A program made the position numbers and the translations under genes. The notes under the pieces are model-generated. The model had not been told where the DNA came from, did not search any database, and saw nothing but the letters and a program-made list of their open reading frames with translations. 64,000 bases of DNA from Chitinivibrionales bacterium (GTDB lineage Bacteria; Fibrobacterota; Chitinivibrionia; Chitinivibrionales; WJKA01). Shown here in pieces: positions 1-9,411 of the stretch (position 1 is its first letter; each line of letters starts with the position of its first letter). Location: positions 32,001 through 96,000 of the forward strand of contig JBBRUX010000006.1 in assembly GCA_038247415.1 (NCBI GenBank). The letters run 5' to 3'.

Positions 1-972
1 GAAGGAAATAAGCAATACGGTATATTTGTTGCTCCTCAATCTTCTAGAACTCGTATTATCTACAACAATTTTTGGGAAAATCGCAAGGCATGGGGCGGCG
101 AGACAAAGCCAAACCAATCCAATATTTCTCAGGAACCTCTGTATATTTCTCCCGCTCACCCCGATTACAACTATTTTGTAAAGCCTGTTTCTGCACTCAA
201 GGCCAAGGGTGAAAACGCTTCGGATATTGGCTTAATCACTCGTCAGCAAGTTGAAGCAATGGGTAACGATAAAGACGGTGATGGCATACCCGATGATGTG
301 GATCAATGTCCCGAAGTTGCAGAAGATCGAGATAATTTCCAGGATGAAGACGGTTGCCCAGACTTTGATAATGATAATGATGGAATACCAGACAATCTTG
401 ATAAATGTCCAAACGACGCCGAAGATCGCGATGGATTTCAAGATGATGACGGTTGTCCAGATGCCGACAACGATAAAGATAAAGTGTGCGATCCTTGGGT
501 TTCACAGCAACGGCTCGATTCTAAATATGCTTCGATCTGTAAGGGATCCGATGCATGTGTAAATCAGCCTGAGACAAATAATGGGTACAAAGACGACGAT
601 GGTTGCCCCGATGAGAAACCTCAGGAAATTAAAGCTAATATGATTCTTAAGGGTGTAAACTTTAAAACTGCAAGTGCAGAGCTCCTCGAAGAATCTTACT
701 ACGTGCTCGAGCAAGTTTTTAATAGCCTCGAATCGTATCCAGAGGCAAAAATTGAGATTTCTGGTCATACCGATTCTCAAGGAAAAGCCGAAGATAACAG
801 AAGGCTTTCTCTTGATCGCGCTAAGTCGGTTAAAGATTACTTGGTAATGCGTGGAATTAGTGCAGATCGTATTTCGGTAGCAGGTTATGGTCCAGATAAA
901 CCTCTCGCTTCAAATAATACGGCAGAGGGTCGTGCAAAGAACAGACGTGTGGAAATTACACCCATCAAATAA
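1..972 (+). CDS. OmpA-family protein, 5'-truncated: beta-helix-type C-terminal cap, thrombospondin type-3 Ca-binding repeats and OmpA_C peptidoglycan-binding domain
   Basis: Frame 1 is open from base 1 (EGNKQYGIFV...NNFWEN...GENASDIG) into the listed ORF 259..972. It has DxDxDG repeats and OmpA motifs (IEISGHTD, LSLDRAKSV, GRAKNRRVEI). Confidence 0.9.
   Translation, partial: EGNKQYGIFVAPQSSRTRIIYNNFWENRKAWGGETKPNQSNISQEPLYISPAHPDYNYFVKPVSALKAKGENASDIGLITRQQVEAMGNDKDGDGIPDDVDQCPEVAEDRDNFQDEDGCPDFDNDNDGIPDNLDKCPNDAEDRDGFQDDDGCPDADNDKDKVCDPWVSQQRLDSKYASICKGSDACVNQPETNNGYKDDDGCPDEKPQEIKANMILKGVNFKTASAELLEESYYVLEQVFNSLESYPEAKIEISGHTDSQGKAEDNRRLSLDRAKSVKDYLVMRGISADRISVAGYGPDKPLASNNTAEGRAKNRRVEITPIK
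268..612 (+). repeat. Thrombospondin type-3-like coding repeats (DxDxDGIPDxxDxCP / EDxDxFQDxDGCPD)
   Basis: Tandem Asp-rich repeats are visible in the translation. Confidence 0.8.
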
Positions 973-999
973 CCTTTACATAAGAAGGTTGGTTTGTCT

Positions 1000-3429
1000 A
1001 TGAAAAAATATGTCGAATGCCTGAGAAATCAGCAACGGGCTTCATGGCTTTTGGTATTCGTTACCCTTGCAATGGGTACAGTATTTGGAGCATATGCTTA
1101 TTCAGGAGATGGGGGATACGATGCGCCGTATTTTCAGGCGGATTATATTCAAGATCTTTCCGAATACACATCTCCACTTGTTAACCCAGCTCTCATCTAT
1201 CGGGTTAACCAGATGCATCTCGAAGGCGGCGGTTATACATGGGGCACAGGCAACGGTTTGGGTTTTGCCCAACTCTCCTTTATTACACCTATCAAGAGAA
1301 ATCAGTCGGCTGGATTTACAGCATTGCTTGCGGGTGCTAAAATACAGGAAATGGGATTTACCGCAGGGGGAACTGATTTAGTTGCAACTGGCAGCGAGCT
1401 TCGTTTTGGCGACCAATGGCTGATCGGAAACTATGGTGTTAGATTATTGCCTTGGTTTATGGTTGGTGGTAATCTTAAATTGCGTTTGACAAATCAGTTT
1501 GGGGTAAATACTGCAGTAAGTATGCCGGGACTTGATGCTGGTGTGTATTTCAATCCATTGGACAATTATTTACTCGGGGATCTTGGATTTTCTATTACTC
1601 TTCAAGATTTTGTTCCTGCTAAAACAGAGTGGAAAAAAACAGGTGGGGTATCTACTAATATAGTTGCGACGCGTGCTCGATTTGGAAGCCGTTATAGCGT
1701 TTTTAACGACAAATTTATTGTTTATGCTGAAGGCGTTGTCGATAATGCGTTCACTGATATCTATAAGAATTTGATCAAGTCAGTTGAAACAGATTCTAAT
1801 GGGGCTGTAAAGATTAGTGAGGCTTCTGTGGAGGACATGAAAAAAGCCATTCGCTTTGGCGCTGGGCTTCGTTACATGTTTATTCCTCAACTTTGGCTCA
1901 AAGCTGGGTGGACTAATAATAATATTCCTTATGTTGGTGTCAAAGCTAATGGAATGTTTCCTCTGCCAGAAATGATCAATTATGTCACCGGTGATTTTAA
2001 TATCGGCTATAGCTTTTGGGAAGGCCTCTTTGGTATAAAAGATGAACGTGGACTTACGGTCATGGCCAAAGGCTCAGTCGATTTTGGGCCAACTCGTGAG
2101 CAACGGCTTTCGAAAGAATTGTATGACAAGCTAAGTGTTTCCCCTATGAATGCCTATATAGAGGCAATGAAACTATATGAAGCACAAAAATACTGGCTTG
2201 CTTCATTTGCTTTTGGTAAAGTTTTAGCTTTGTTTCCAAATTTTCATCTCAATGATAAAGTTACTTTTTACATGGGCGATTGCTATAGTAAATTGTACAT
2301 GAATAAAACAGCCCGCGAAATGTTTCAAGAGGGTCTCGAAAAGTTTACTACTTCAGAAACTCGAGCAAAATATCTATATGGCTTAATGCAGCTCGATTAT
2401 CGAGAAGGCAAGTATGATGATGCTCTCAAAAATCATGCTTTTATTGTTAACTTGTATCCCGACCATGAAATTCGAGGCGATGCCGATTATCTTGCTGGGG
2501 AAGTTCACTTTGCTCGCAAGAACTATGGTGCTGCAGAACAACTTTTTTCAAATATCAAGCCTAAGAGCCCTGCGTACCTTTACGGACAATATACTTTAGC
2601 AATCATTGATCTAGAAAATAAAAAACCAGAACTTGCAAAAGAAGCACTTAAAAAGGTTATTGCAGCAGATTCTGCCAATGCAACAAATTCTATTAGCCTT
2701 CTTTCGGATGCTGCTTACTTGAAATTAGGTCATATCTATTTCGAAGAAGTTCTGCTTACTAAAGCGGTAACCGAAGCGTACAAAAAAGTGAGCGCTGGAT
2801 CTGCTTATGGTGACGAAGCTTCCTTGGCTATTGCATGGTGCTTTGTCAAGGTCAGCCAGCCTTCTTTTGCTGAGCCAGTTCTCGATCAGCTGATTTCATC
2901 CTATCCAAAATCACCGTATATCCCAGAAGCGTATCTATTAAAAGGATATGCGAATATGCTCAACAAACGGTATGAATCTGCAAAATCATTGTTCGATCAG
3001 GCAGTTCAATTGAGCAAGGGTACTTTTGTAACAGAAGCTGATCTTGATGCAAAGCAAAAAGAGTATGTCGACGCCGAGAATATTTTTCAGCCTACAGCTG
3101 ATAATATCAAAAAGAATGCTTTAAGAAGACCTAATGCTAAAACCGAAGAAGAGCGTGGTGTCTTAAAGCAAGAATATGATAAATTCGAACGAGAGAATAC
3201 TGCCCTTTTCAATTATACCCTTTTGCAAAAATCTCATACCAAGTTTTTGAGACGCAAAGAACAAATTCTCATGGATGCAGAATTTGCTTTAGCAAAAGTT
3301 ACCGCAATCATTGGTTCTTCTGGAACTGGCAAAGCTGTAGAGGTCCAGAAAGACAAGATCCAGGATGTTGACAAAGAAATACTCGAGCTTCAAAAGCAAC
3401 TAGATAAAGAAAAACTCAAACAGAAGTAA
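1000..3429 (+). CDS. Exported protein with a putative FadL/PorV-like beta-barrel N-terminal half and C-terminal tetratricopeptide repeats
   Basis: Signal-like N-terminus, NPA motif (LVNPALIY), alternating aromatic/Gly beta-strand pattern to about aa 365, then TPR-like helices (YMGDCY, YLAGEVHF, AYLKLGHIY). ATG at 1000 preferred over TTG at 994. Confidence 0.7.
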   Translation: MKKYVECLRNQQRASWLLVFVTLAMGTVFGAYAYSGDGGYDAPYFQADYIQDLSEYTSPLVNPALIYRVNQMHLEGGGYTWGTGNGLGFAQLSFITPIKRNQSAGFTALLAGAKIQEMGFTAGGTDLVATGSELRFGDQWLIGNYGVRLLPWFMVGGNLKLRLTNQFGVNTAVSMPGLDAGVYFNPLDNYLLGDLGFSITLQDFVPAKTEWKKTGGVSTNIVATRARFGSRYSVFNDKFIVYAEGVVDNAFTDIYKNLIKSVETDSNGAVKISEASVEDMKKAIRFGAGLRYMFIPQLWLKAGWTNNNIPYVGVKANGMFPLPEMINYVTGDFNIGYSFWEGLFGIKDERGLTVMAKGSVDFGPTREQRLSKELYDKLSVSPMNAYIEAMKLYEAQKYWLASFAFGKVLALFPNFHLNDKVTFYMGDCYSKLYMNKTAREMFQEGLEKFTTSETRAKYLYGLMQLDYREGKYDDALKNHAFIVNLYPDHEIRGDADYLAGEVHFARKNYGAAEQLFSNIKPKSPAYLYGQYTLAIIDLENKKPELAKEALKKVIAADSANATNSISLLSDAAYLKLGHIYFEEVLLTKAVTEAYKKVSAGSAYGDEASLAIAWCFVKVSQPSFAEPVLDQLISSYPKSPYIPEAYLLKGYANMLNKRYESAKSLFDQAVQLSKGTFVTEADLDAKQKEYVDAENIFQPTADNIKKNALRRPNAKTEEERGVLKQEYDKFERENTALFNYTLLQKSHTKFLRRKEQILMDAEFALAKVTAIIGSSGTGKAVEVQKDKIQDVDKEILELQKQLDKEKLKQK

Positions 3430-3435
3430 ATGTAT

Positions 3436-3470
3436 AAAAACAATCGGATTGTTTTCCGATTGTTTTTTTT
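3436..3470 (+). terminator. Intrinsic terminator-like hairpin
   Basis: AAAAACAATCGGA-ttgttt-TCCGATTGTTTTT plus a T run, directly after the stop at 3429. Confidence 0.7.
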
Positions 3471-3557
3471 AAAGTAATGGTTGCATTTTCCTTAAAGTTT
3501 AGTCATATTATCCTTAACCGGATAAATAACCAAATCCTCCAAGGGAGAGAAATCTTG

Positions 3558-6500
3558 ATGGTACTGAGATTACGTTCTTTTCCGCTACGTTGGCTCGTCC
3601 TTTCTATTGCTCTTATTTCTTTTGCTCCTTCTCTTGTTCTTGCAAAAGAAGATGACAGGAAAGCACAAGAACTGCAAAAAAAATTAGAGGAATTACGCGC
3701 TAAAAAATCTTCACTTGAGCAGCAGGTTTCTAAAAAATCTGAACAATCAAGTCTTTCGTCAGAATCACTCGCAGAAGTCATTGCTAAATACGAAAAGATT
3801 TATGCAGATTGTCAGACTAAAAAAAGCGAACGCTGTGCTGATGTGATGTTTTCTCTTGCTAAATATTATTATGACGATGCTCAAGATGGCTATATTAAAT
3901 CCACCGAAGTATATGAACAAGCAATGGATGTATGGGAAAAAGGCGGATCCAAAGGTACTCGACCTATTCGGCCGCTGCCTAATTTTTCAAAGTCAATTAC
4001 AATGTATCGTAAGGTTATAGCAGACTACCCGAGTTTTATCCGGGCCGATGAGGCAATGTATCAGGTTGGGGCTATCATGCTTCGTGCAGGCGAACTCGAT
4101 AGTGCTAAACTGGCTTTTACCTATATTGTCGATAAAACACCTAACAGCAAACGTGTTTCTGCTGCACATTTCCAATTAGCCGATTTTTCTTATTCCGATA
4201 GAGAGTGGAACATTACTCTAGATCATTTGATTAAGATCCAGAAAAATCTCGTAACTATCGAAGTGTGGGAACAGGTTGTCTATCGTAAAGCTGAGATGTA
4301 CTATAATTTGGCTCAATTCGATAAAGCTGCCGAACTGTTTAATGAATATGTCGAACGATGCGATGCTGGAGAATATGTCAAAAAGCAATTTCGAGATATG
4401 GCTTTGGAATTTATGGCGGTATCATTTTCCGATATCCCCCAAGGTGCAACAGAAGCAATCAAGTTTTTTAAGAAACTTGGTGGACGCCCCTATGAAGCTA
4501 CCGTTATTTACATGATTGGTCGCAAAAATAGAGTTCACGGTCAATTTGATGATGCAATTGTTGCTTTACAAACTGCATTAAAAAATTATCCTTATTACAA
4601 AGATGCTCCTATTGCTCAGTTTATGCTTGTTGAATGTATGATAGTTAAGAAAAAGCTTGAAGAAGCGAATATAGAACGTGAAAAATTAATCGATTTCTAT
4701 CAAGAAGGATCAGAATGGTTTTCTCGCAATAAAGCAGAGAAAGCAGTCATCGATCAATCGCATGAATATGTAAAGACTGCGCTTGCCAATATCTGTACTT
4801 ATAACCATGCTATTGCAGTTAAGAAAAAAGATAGAGTTCTTTTTGAAAAGGCACTTAAGCGATATAATGAGTTTTTCCAGAGATTTCCTGAAGACAAATG
4901 GAAAGTCTACGAATTTAAGTTTTATGTTGGTGATATTTTTACTGAGCTGCAGCAGTTCGATAATGCTGTTGCTGCTTACTGGTTTGTTGCTACCGAAGAT
5001 ATTAGCAAATACCCAGAGTATAAAGTTGATGTAGATAGCCTTATGTTTGATGATGCTAAGCAGTTCGAAGAAGCAAAACAACGTGCCCAAAAGGGCGGTG
5101 CAATGTCGGTATCTCAAGAAGATGCTGGCTATAATGCAATAATCTGTTTAGATAACGCACGCAAAAAGAGAATTTCTAAAGAAAGTCTTAACGACGAAAA
5201 AGGATATTTGTTGCCAGAAACCCAAAAAATGGTCGAATATGTTGGGTTATACCAGAAACGATTTCCTAAGAATGAGAATTCGCCCGAGCTTCTTTACATT
5301 GTTGGAAATATTCTTTATTCAGCAAAAGTTTATGACAAGGCTATTTCTCAATTCAAATATATTACCGAAAACTATTCAAGTGCCACAGTTTCCATCAAAG
5401 CATATCGAATGCTGGCAAAAACATATTCGGCTTCAGGGGAACACGATTTAGCTTCTGTAGAATATAAAAAGCTTCTCGAACGAACAGATGCAAATTCGAA
5501 AGAGTATGCCGAAATTGTTGATCTTGCAACTGCGGCTCTCTTTTCAAAAGCTGAAGCGCTTAAAAAAGCTTCAAATTATGCAGGCGCTGCTGAATTGTTC
5601 AAATCAGTTTTGGCATCATTTCCAACAAGTACCATAGCCGATCGAGGCTGGTTTGAGGCTGGTGTATGCTATGAAGAAGCAAAAAATTTAGAGCTCGCCG
5701 CTCAAACATTCGAAGAACTTGCGGTTAAGTTTCCAAAGTCTACCGTAAGAGAGCAATCTTACAAGCGTGCTGGGGATAATTACAAGACTCTTGAAAAGTG
5801 GGATAAAGCAGCTGAAACATATGCAAAAGGTGCTGTAAATATCAATAAAGCAGATTACTCAATACCTTCTTTGAGCGCAGCATCAGAATGCTATCAAAAG
5901 ACCAATAATTTTGAAAAAGCAGCTCAAATGTTCGAAATTGCTTTTAATCAATTTCCGACAGATGCTCGTTCCCCTCAAGCTTTGTATAATGCTGGTTTGA
6001 TTTACGAAAATAAAGCAAAAATGTATGATCGTGCCCAAAAGGCTTATGCGCAAGTTGCAGAAAAGTTCCCCACTTCTGAATATGCCGAAGATGCTAGCTT
6101 TTCTGTAGGACTGTGCCTGGAAAAATTAAATGCTTATGCAGATGCAGCTGTTGCATTTAGCGATTTTGCAAAAAAGTTCGCTAGCAAAGGTAAACAGGCC
6201 GAAGCGCTGGTAAAAGCGGGTTCCTGCTATATGAAAGCAGGAGCTCCAAAAGATGCCGAAACAAGTTTTTTAAGTGCAACAGCATTATACGAAAAGTTTA
6301 ATAAAAAAGGTGAGTATAATTTAGAAACTATAGCTCGTGCATACTTTGAACTTGGAGAAATGTCGCGAGCAAAATTTAAGGCTATTGCCTTAACAGGCGC
6401 AAATGAAAAGGCGATAAAAGAAAAAGAAAAAGAAAAAACTAAGGCTTTGGAACCTACCCTTACTGCCTATTCTAAAGCAATTGCATTAGGTGTGCCTTCG

Positions 6501-7211
6501 TATGTGTTTAGAACAACCTTCAAGATTGCACAATGCTTTGTCGATTTTGCAGATGCTCTTGCTAATCAAACATTTTTTGGATCACGCGATCAGAAAATGG
6601 CAGGCAAACTCATGACTATATCACAGCTTGACAAGTATTATGTTAAAGCTCAAGAAAAATATGGTTGGAATATTGACAAAGCTTACGATCAAGGTATTAC
6701 AGATCCTTATGTAGATTCTTCAAGTATTCTCTTTATGAAAATGGCATACCTGCAAGGTCATCTTTTTGAAGAATTTGGTGAGCTCGTAGCAAATGCTGCT
6801 ATTCCTTCTGGGCTCACAAAAGAAGAAGAGACAGCATATAAAGAACTCTTGGAAGAGAAAAAGCTTGAAGCTATGGATAAGGCGTTACCAAAATATGAGA
6901 ATGGTATTAGAGCTGCTCTTGAATTAGGAATTGTCAATGTTCCCTGGACTGATAGTATTAGAGCAAGAATTGCGGAAATTAATCCAAGTTCTGAGTGGGC
7001 GCAAAAAACAATTGTTGCGCGGCCGGCTAATCCAAATGCAAAGCCTTCAACTCCACCTGTAGGTCAAGGTGAAGGTGGATCTAGTGCAAAACAATCTGAT
7101 TCAAATGGTTCAATAGGAATTTCTGATAAGCCTTTAAATAATTCTGGTTCCGATTCTAAATCAGATTCAAAAGATGGCAAGAAAAAGAAGGGCTTTCTAT
7201 TCTGGAAATAA
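3558..7211 (+). CDS. Large periplasmic TPR protein (GltD/AgmU-like scaffold)
   Basis: RBS AAGGGAG before ATG 3558, signal peptide (…SLVLA/K), many BamD/CpoB-type TPR pairs (xxFPxS), located upstream of an exbB-exbD-exbD-tonB-like block. Confidence 0.8.
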   Translation: MVLRLRSFPLRWLVLSIALISFAPSLVLAKEDDRKAQELQKKLEELRAKKSSLEQQVSKKSEQSSLSSESLAEVIAKYEKIYADCQTKKSERCADVMFSLAKYYYDDAQDGYIKSTEVYEQAMDVWEKGGSKGTRPIRPLPNFSKSITMYRKVIADYPSFIRADEAMYQVGAIMLRAGELDSAKLAFTYIVDKTPNSKRVSAAHFQLADFSYSDREWNITLDHLIKIQKNLVTIEVWEQVVYRKAEMYYNLAQFDKAAELFNEYVERCDAGEYVKKQFRDMALEFMAVSFSDIPQGATEAIKFFKKLGGRPYEATVIYMIGRKNRVHGQFDDAIVALQTALKNYPYYKDAPIAQFMLVECMIVKKKLEEANIEREKLIDFYQEGSEWFSRNKAEKAVIDQSHEYVKTALANICTYNHAIAVKKKDRVLFEKALKRYNEFFQRFPEDKWKVYEFKFYVGDIFTELQQFDNAVAAYWFVATEDISKYPEYKVDVDSLMFDDAKQFEEAKQRAQKGGAMSVSQEDAGYNAIICLDNARKKRISKESLNDEKGYLLPETQKMVEYVGLYQKRFPKNENSPELLYIVGNILYSAKVYDKAISQFKYITENYSSATVSIKAYRMLAKTYSASGEHDLASVEYKKLLERTDANSKEYAEIVDLATAALFSKAEALKKASNYAGAAELFKSVLASFPTSTIADRGWFEAGVCYEEAKNLELAAQTFEELAVKFPKSTVREQSYKRAGDNYKTLEKWDKAAETYAKGAVNINKADYSIPSLSAASECYQKTNNFEKAAQMFEIAFNQFPTDARSPQALYNAGLIYENKAKMYDRAQKAYAQVAEKFPTSEYAEDASFSVGLCLEKLNAYADAAVAFSDFAKKFASKGKQAEALVKAGSCYMKAGAPKDAETSFLSATALYEKFNKKGEYNLETIARAYFELGEMSRAKFKAIALTGANEKAIKEKEKEKTKALEPTLTAYSKAIALGVPSYVFRTTFKIAQCFVDFADALANQTFFGSRDQKMAGKLMTISQLDKYYVKAQEKYGWNIDKAYDQGITDPYVDSSSILFMKMAYLQGHLFEEFGELVANAAIPSGLTKEEETAYKELLEEKKLEAMDKALPKYENGIRAALELGIVNVPWTDSIRARIAEINPSSEWAQKTIVARPANPNAKPSTPPVGQGEGGSSAKQSDSNGSIGISDKPLNNSGSDSKSDSKDGKKKKGFLFWK

Positions 7212-7363
7212 TGTTAGAAATTAGTCTCAAAACAACTGTGATTGTCGATTGAACTTGAGAGAGGAGGATTCTGGAGAACGATTCTTGATGAGCTTAGGCA
7301 TTAAGAGTAATAAGGGTATTTTGTAAACAAAGTTTTTCTTTCATAGCGAAAGGGGTTTTCAAT

Positions 7364-7990
7364 ATGCAGATGTTGAATTTTATTATGCTTGGTTTTAAGT
7401 CGTCCGCAGGTTGGATCATGTGGTGTATTCTTGCAGTTGGTTTTGCATCTCTTGGATTGCTTGTAGAAAGAGTGTGGTATCTCTATTTTCAAGCAGATCG
7501 TGGAACAAGTACCTTTATGCGAGGACTCTCTAAGTATTTAAAAGCTGGTGATTACGAAATGGCAACAAAGTATGCATCAAGCTTTAATACACCTTTGGCT
7601 AAAGGCGTTATGGGAATACTTCAAAATCGTTCTAAAGGCTCAAAGTCAATTAAAAAAGCTGTTGATGAAGTATTTTTGACCGAAGCACCAAAAATCAAGC
7701 GCTATATCCATCTCTTCAATATTTTTGCAAACCTTGCAACACTTGTTGGTTTGACTGGTACAATTTATGGTACTATGGAGTGTTTCGAAGCTATTGCTAA
7801 TGCTCCTGCTGCACAGCGTGCAACACAGCTTGCTGCTGGTATTGCTATTACCATGTCCGCAACACTCTTTGGACTTATTTGGGCTGTTATGAATATTTTT
7901 GCGTATGGTTTATTGTCTACTAAAGCTGATAAAATCATCGAAGATATGGACGAAAAGACTGCAAAGCTTATTAACGCTGTTGAAGAATAA
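7364..7990 (+). CDS. MotA/TolQ/ExbB proton-channel family protein (AglR-like)
   Basis: Three TM segments; motifs ATLVGLTGTIYG and LAAGIA…ATLFGL. Confidence 0.9.
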   Translation: MQMLNFIMLGFKSSAGWIMWCILAVGFASLGLLVERVWYLYFQADRGTSTFMRGLSKYLKAGDYEMATKYASSFNTPLAKGVMGILQNRSKGSKSIKKAVDEVFLTEAPKIKRYIHLFNIFANLATLVGLTGTIYGTMECFEAIANAPAAQRATQLAAGIAITMSATLFGLIWAVMNIFAYGLLSTKADKIIEDMDEKTAKLINAVEE

Positions 7991-8097
7991 AGAATGGTAG
8001 CTTTTTTATGAATTACACGCTAATGTGCATATCATAATTTTAAAGTGCCAGGCTTTCTAGGCGCATAGAGCAACATTTTAGTTTAAGGATTTTTACC

Positions 8098-8904
8098 ATG
8101 TCACGTAATAAAAAAGCGGGCTTTGGGTCTGAAGAAGCTGGCGAAATTGATCTTAAGCCGTTTATTAACTTTCTTATGGTGCTTGTGCCTGTGCTCATGC
8201 TTTCTGCAGATTATGGTAGTATTTCACTTATCAAGTTAAAGCTTCCTGAGGGGCGCGGATCTCAAGTAAATGAGGGGTCTAAGCAACAATCTCTGAAAGA
8301 CGAATCTGATAAGCTTCTACTTACCATGATTATTTCAGACTCAGTTGTCACACTGGGTGCAAAGGGTGGCTTTCTTCCGAGCATGTGGTATAAAGAGTAT
8401 CATAAGTATCTCTCGCGAACCAATAGGAATATTTCGCAAACAGCTCAATACGACCCCAAAAACCCTAAAGCATTTCCGATTAATCCTGAGACCGGAAAAC
8501 AATTCGAGCTCAATGAACGATCAGAAATATTGCTCTGGGTAGCAGACGAAGCTGGGAATACGGTGAAATGTTTGTACAGTAAAGATGGAAATATGGTAAC
8601 CGATGAAAATGGATTGTCTTTGACAACAGTTACTGCAGGTCAAACTGTGTATATTGTTCGCAATCCACGCACTTCAATGGTTGTTCAAGATCCATCTGTA
8701 TTTAAGCTCCAAGAACTTTCTGCTTACGATGAAATGAAAAATCGTTTGCTAAAAGTTAAGGAACGTTATCCAGACGCAAGCGACGCAAATGACATCATAA
8801 TTGCTGCTGAAAATCAGGTAGCATATGACAAAATTGTCCAATTGATGGATATTGCGCGTTCTGCGGATTTTCCCAATATCGCCATCGCTAAACTGAGGAG
8901 CTGA
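8098..8904 (+). CDS. ExbD/TolR family protein (AglQ-like) with a large periplasmic insertion
   Basis: N-terminal EIDLKPFINFLMVL TM and C-terminal IIIAAENQVAYDKIVQLMDIAR ExbD motif. Confidence 0.85.
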   Translation: MSRNKKAGFGSEEAGEIDLKPFINFLMVLVPVLMLSADYGSISLIKLKLPEGRGSQVNEGSKQQSLKDESDKLLLTMIISDSVVTLGAKGGFLPSMWYKEYHKYLSRTNRNISQTAQYDPKNPKAFPINPETGKQFELNERSEILLWVADEAGNTVKCLYSKDGNMVTDENGLSLTTVTAGQTVYIVRNPRTSMVVQDPSVFKLQELSAYDEMKNRLLKVKERYPDASDANDIIIAAENQVAYDKIVQLMDIARSADFPNIAIAKLRS

Positions 8905-8905
8905 T

Positions 8906-9409
8906 ATGGCATTACAACGTGGTAGAGGGAAAGCAACTACTAAAGCGGCGGGACTTATTATTACGTCGCTTATCGACTTCTTTTCAATTGTTGTTATTTA
9001 TCTGATGAAAAGCTATTCTGCTGAAGGTAATACAATGACCAACGCAGATAACCTTACGCTTCCAAACTCAATTGCGAGTATTAAGCCAAAGGATGTTACT
9101 GTTCAGGTATCTGCAACAAATGAAATGATTATGGTTGATAACGTAGCTGTTGTTCCCACAGAAGATGTAAGAAAAATTCCGCAGGAGAATGGTGATCCTG
9201 TTGTGCCTAAAGTTAAAGAGCGTCTTGACGCAGCGTATGCACAAGAACAGGAAATGGTTCGACTTGGTGCTTTAAACTCAGTTGAAGGTAATGTTACTAT
9301 CCAGGTTGATAAAAACATGGATTTTGACGTTGTTTATAAGCTGATGAATACCTGCGCAGCTGCAAAGTATGTCAATATGAACTTTGCTGTCATGAAAAGG
9401 GAGGAATAG
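8906..9409 (+). CDS. ExbD/TolR family protein (AglS-like)
   Basis: ITSLIDFFSIVVIYLMKSYS TM with the conserved Asp; IQVDKNMDFDVVYKLMNT C-terminal motif. Confidence 0.85.
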   Translation: MALQRGRGKATTKAAGLIITSLIDFFSIVVIYLMKSYSAEGNTMTNADNLTLPNSIASIKPKDVTVQVSATNEMIMVDNVAVVPTEDVRKIPQENGDPVVPKVKERLDAAYAQEQEMVRLGALNSVEGNVTIQVDKNMDFDVVYKLMNTCAAAKYVNMNFAVMKREE

Positions 9410-9411
9410 TC

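Noticed and set aside
268..612. Tandem DNA repeats near the window start as a possible CRISPR array
   Set aside because: They are degenerate protein-coding TSP3 repeats with no constant repeat-spacer structure and no cas genes.
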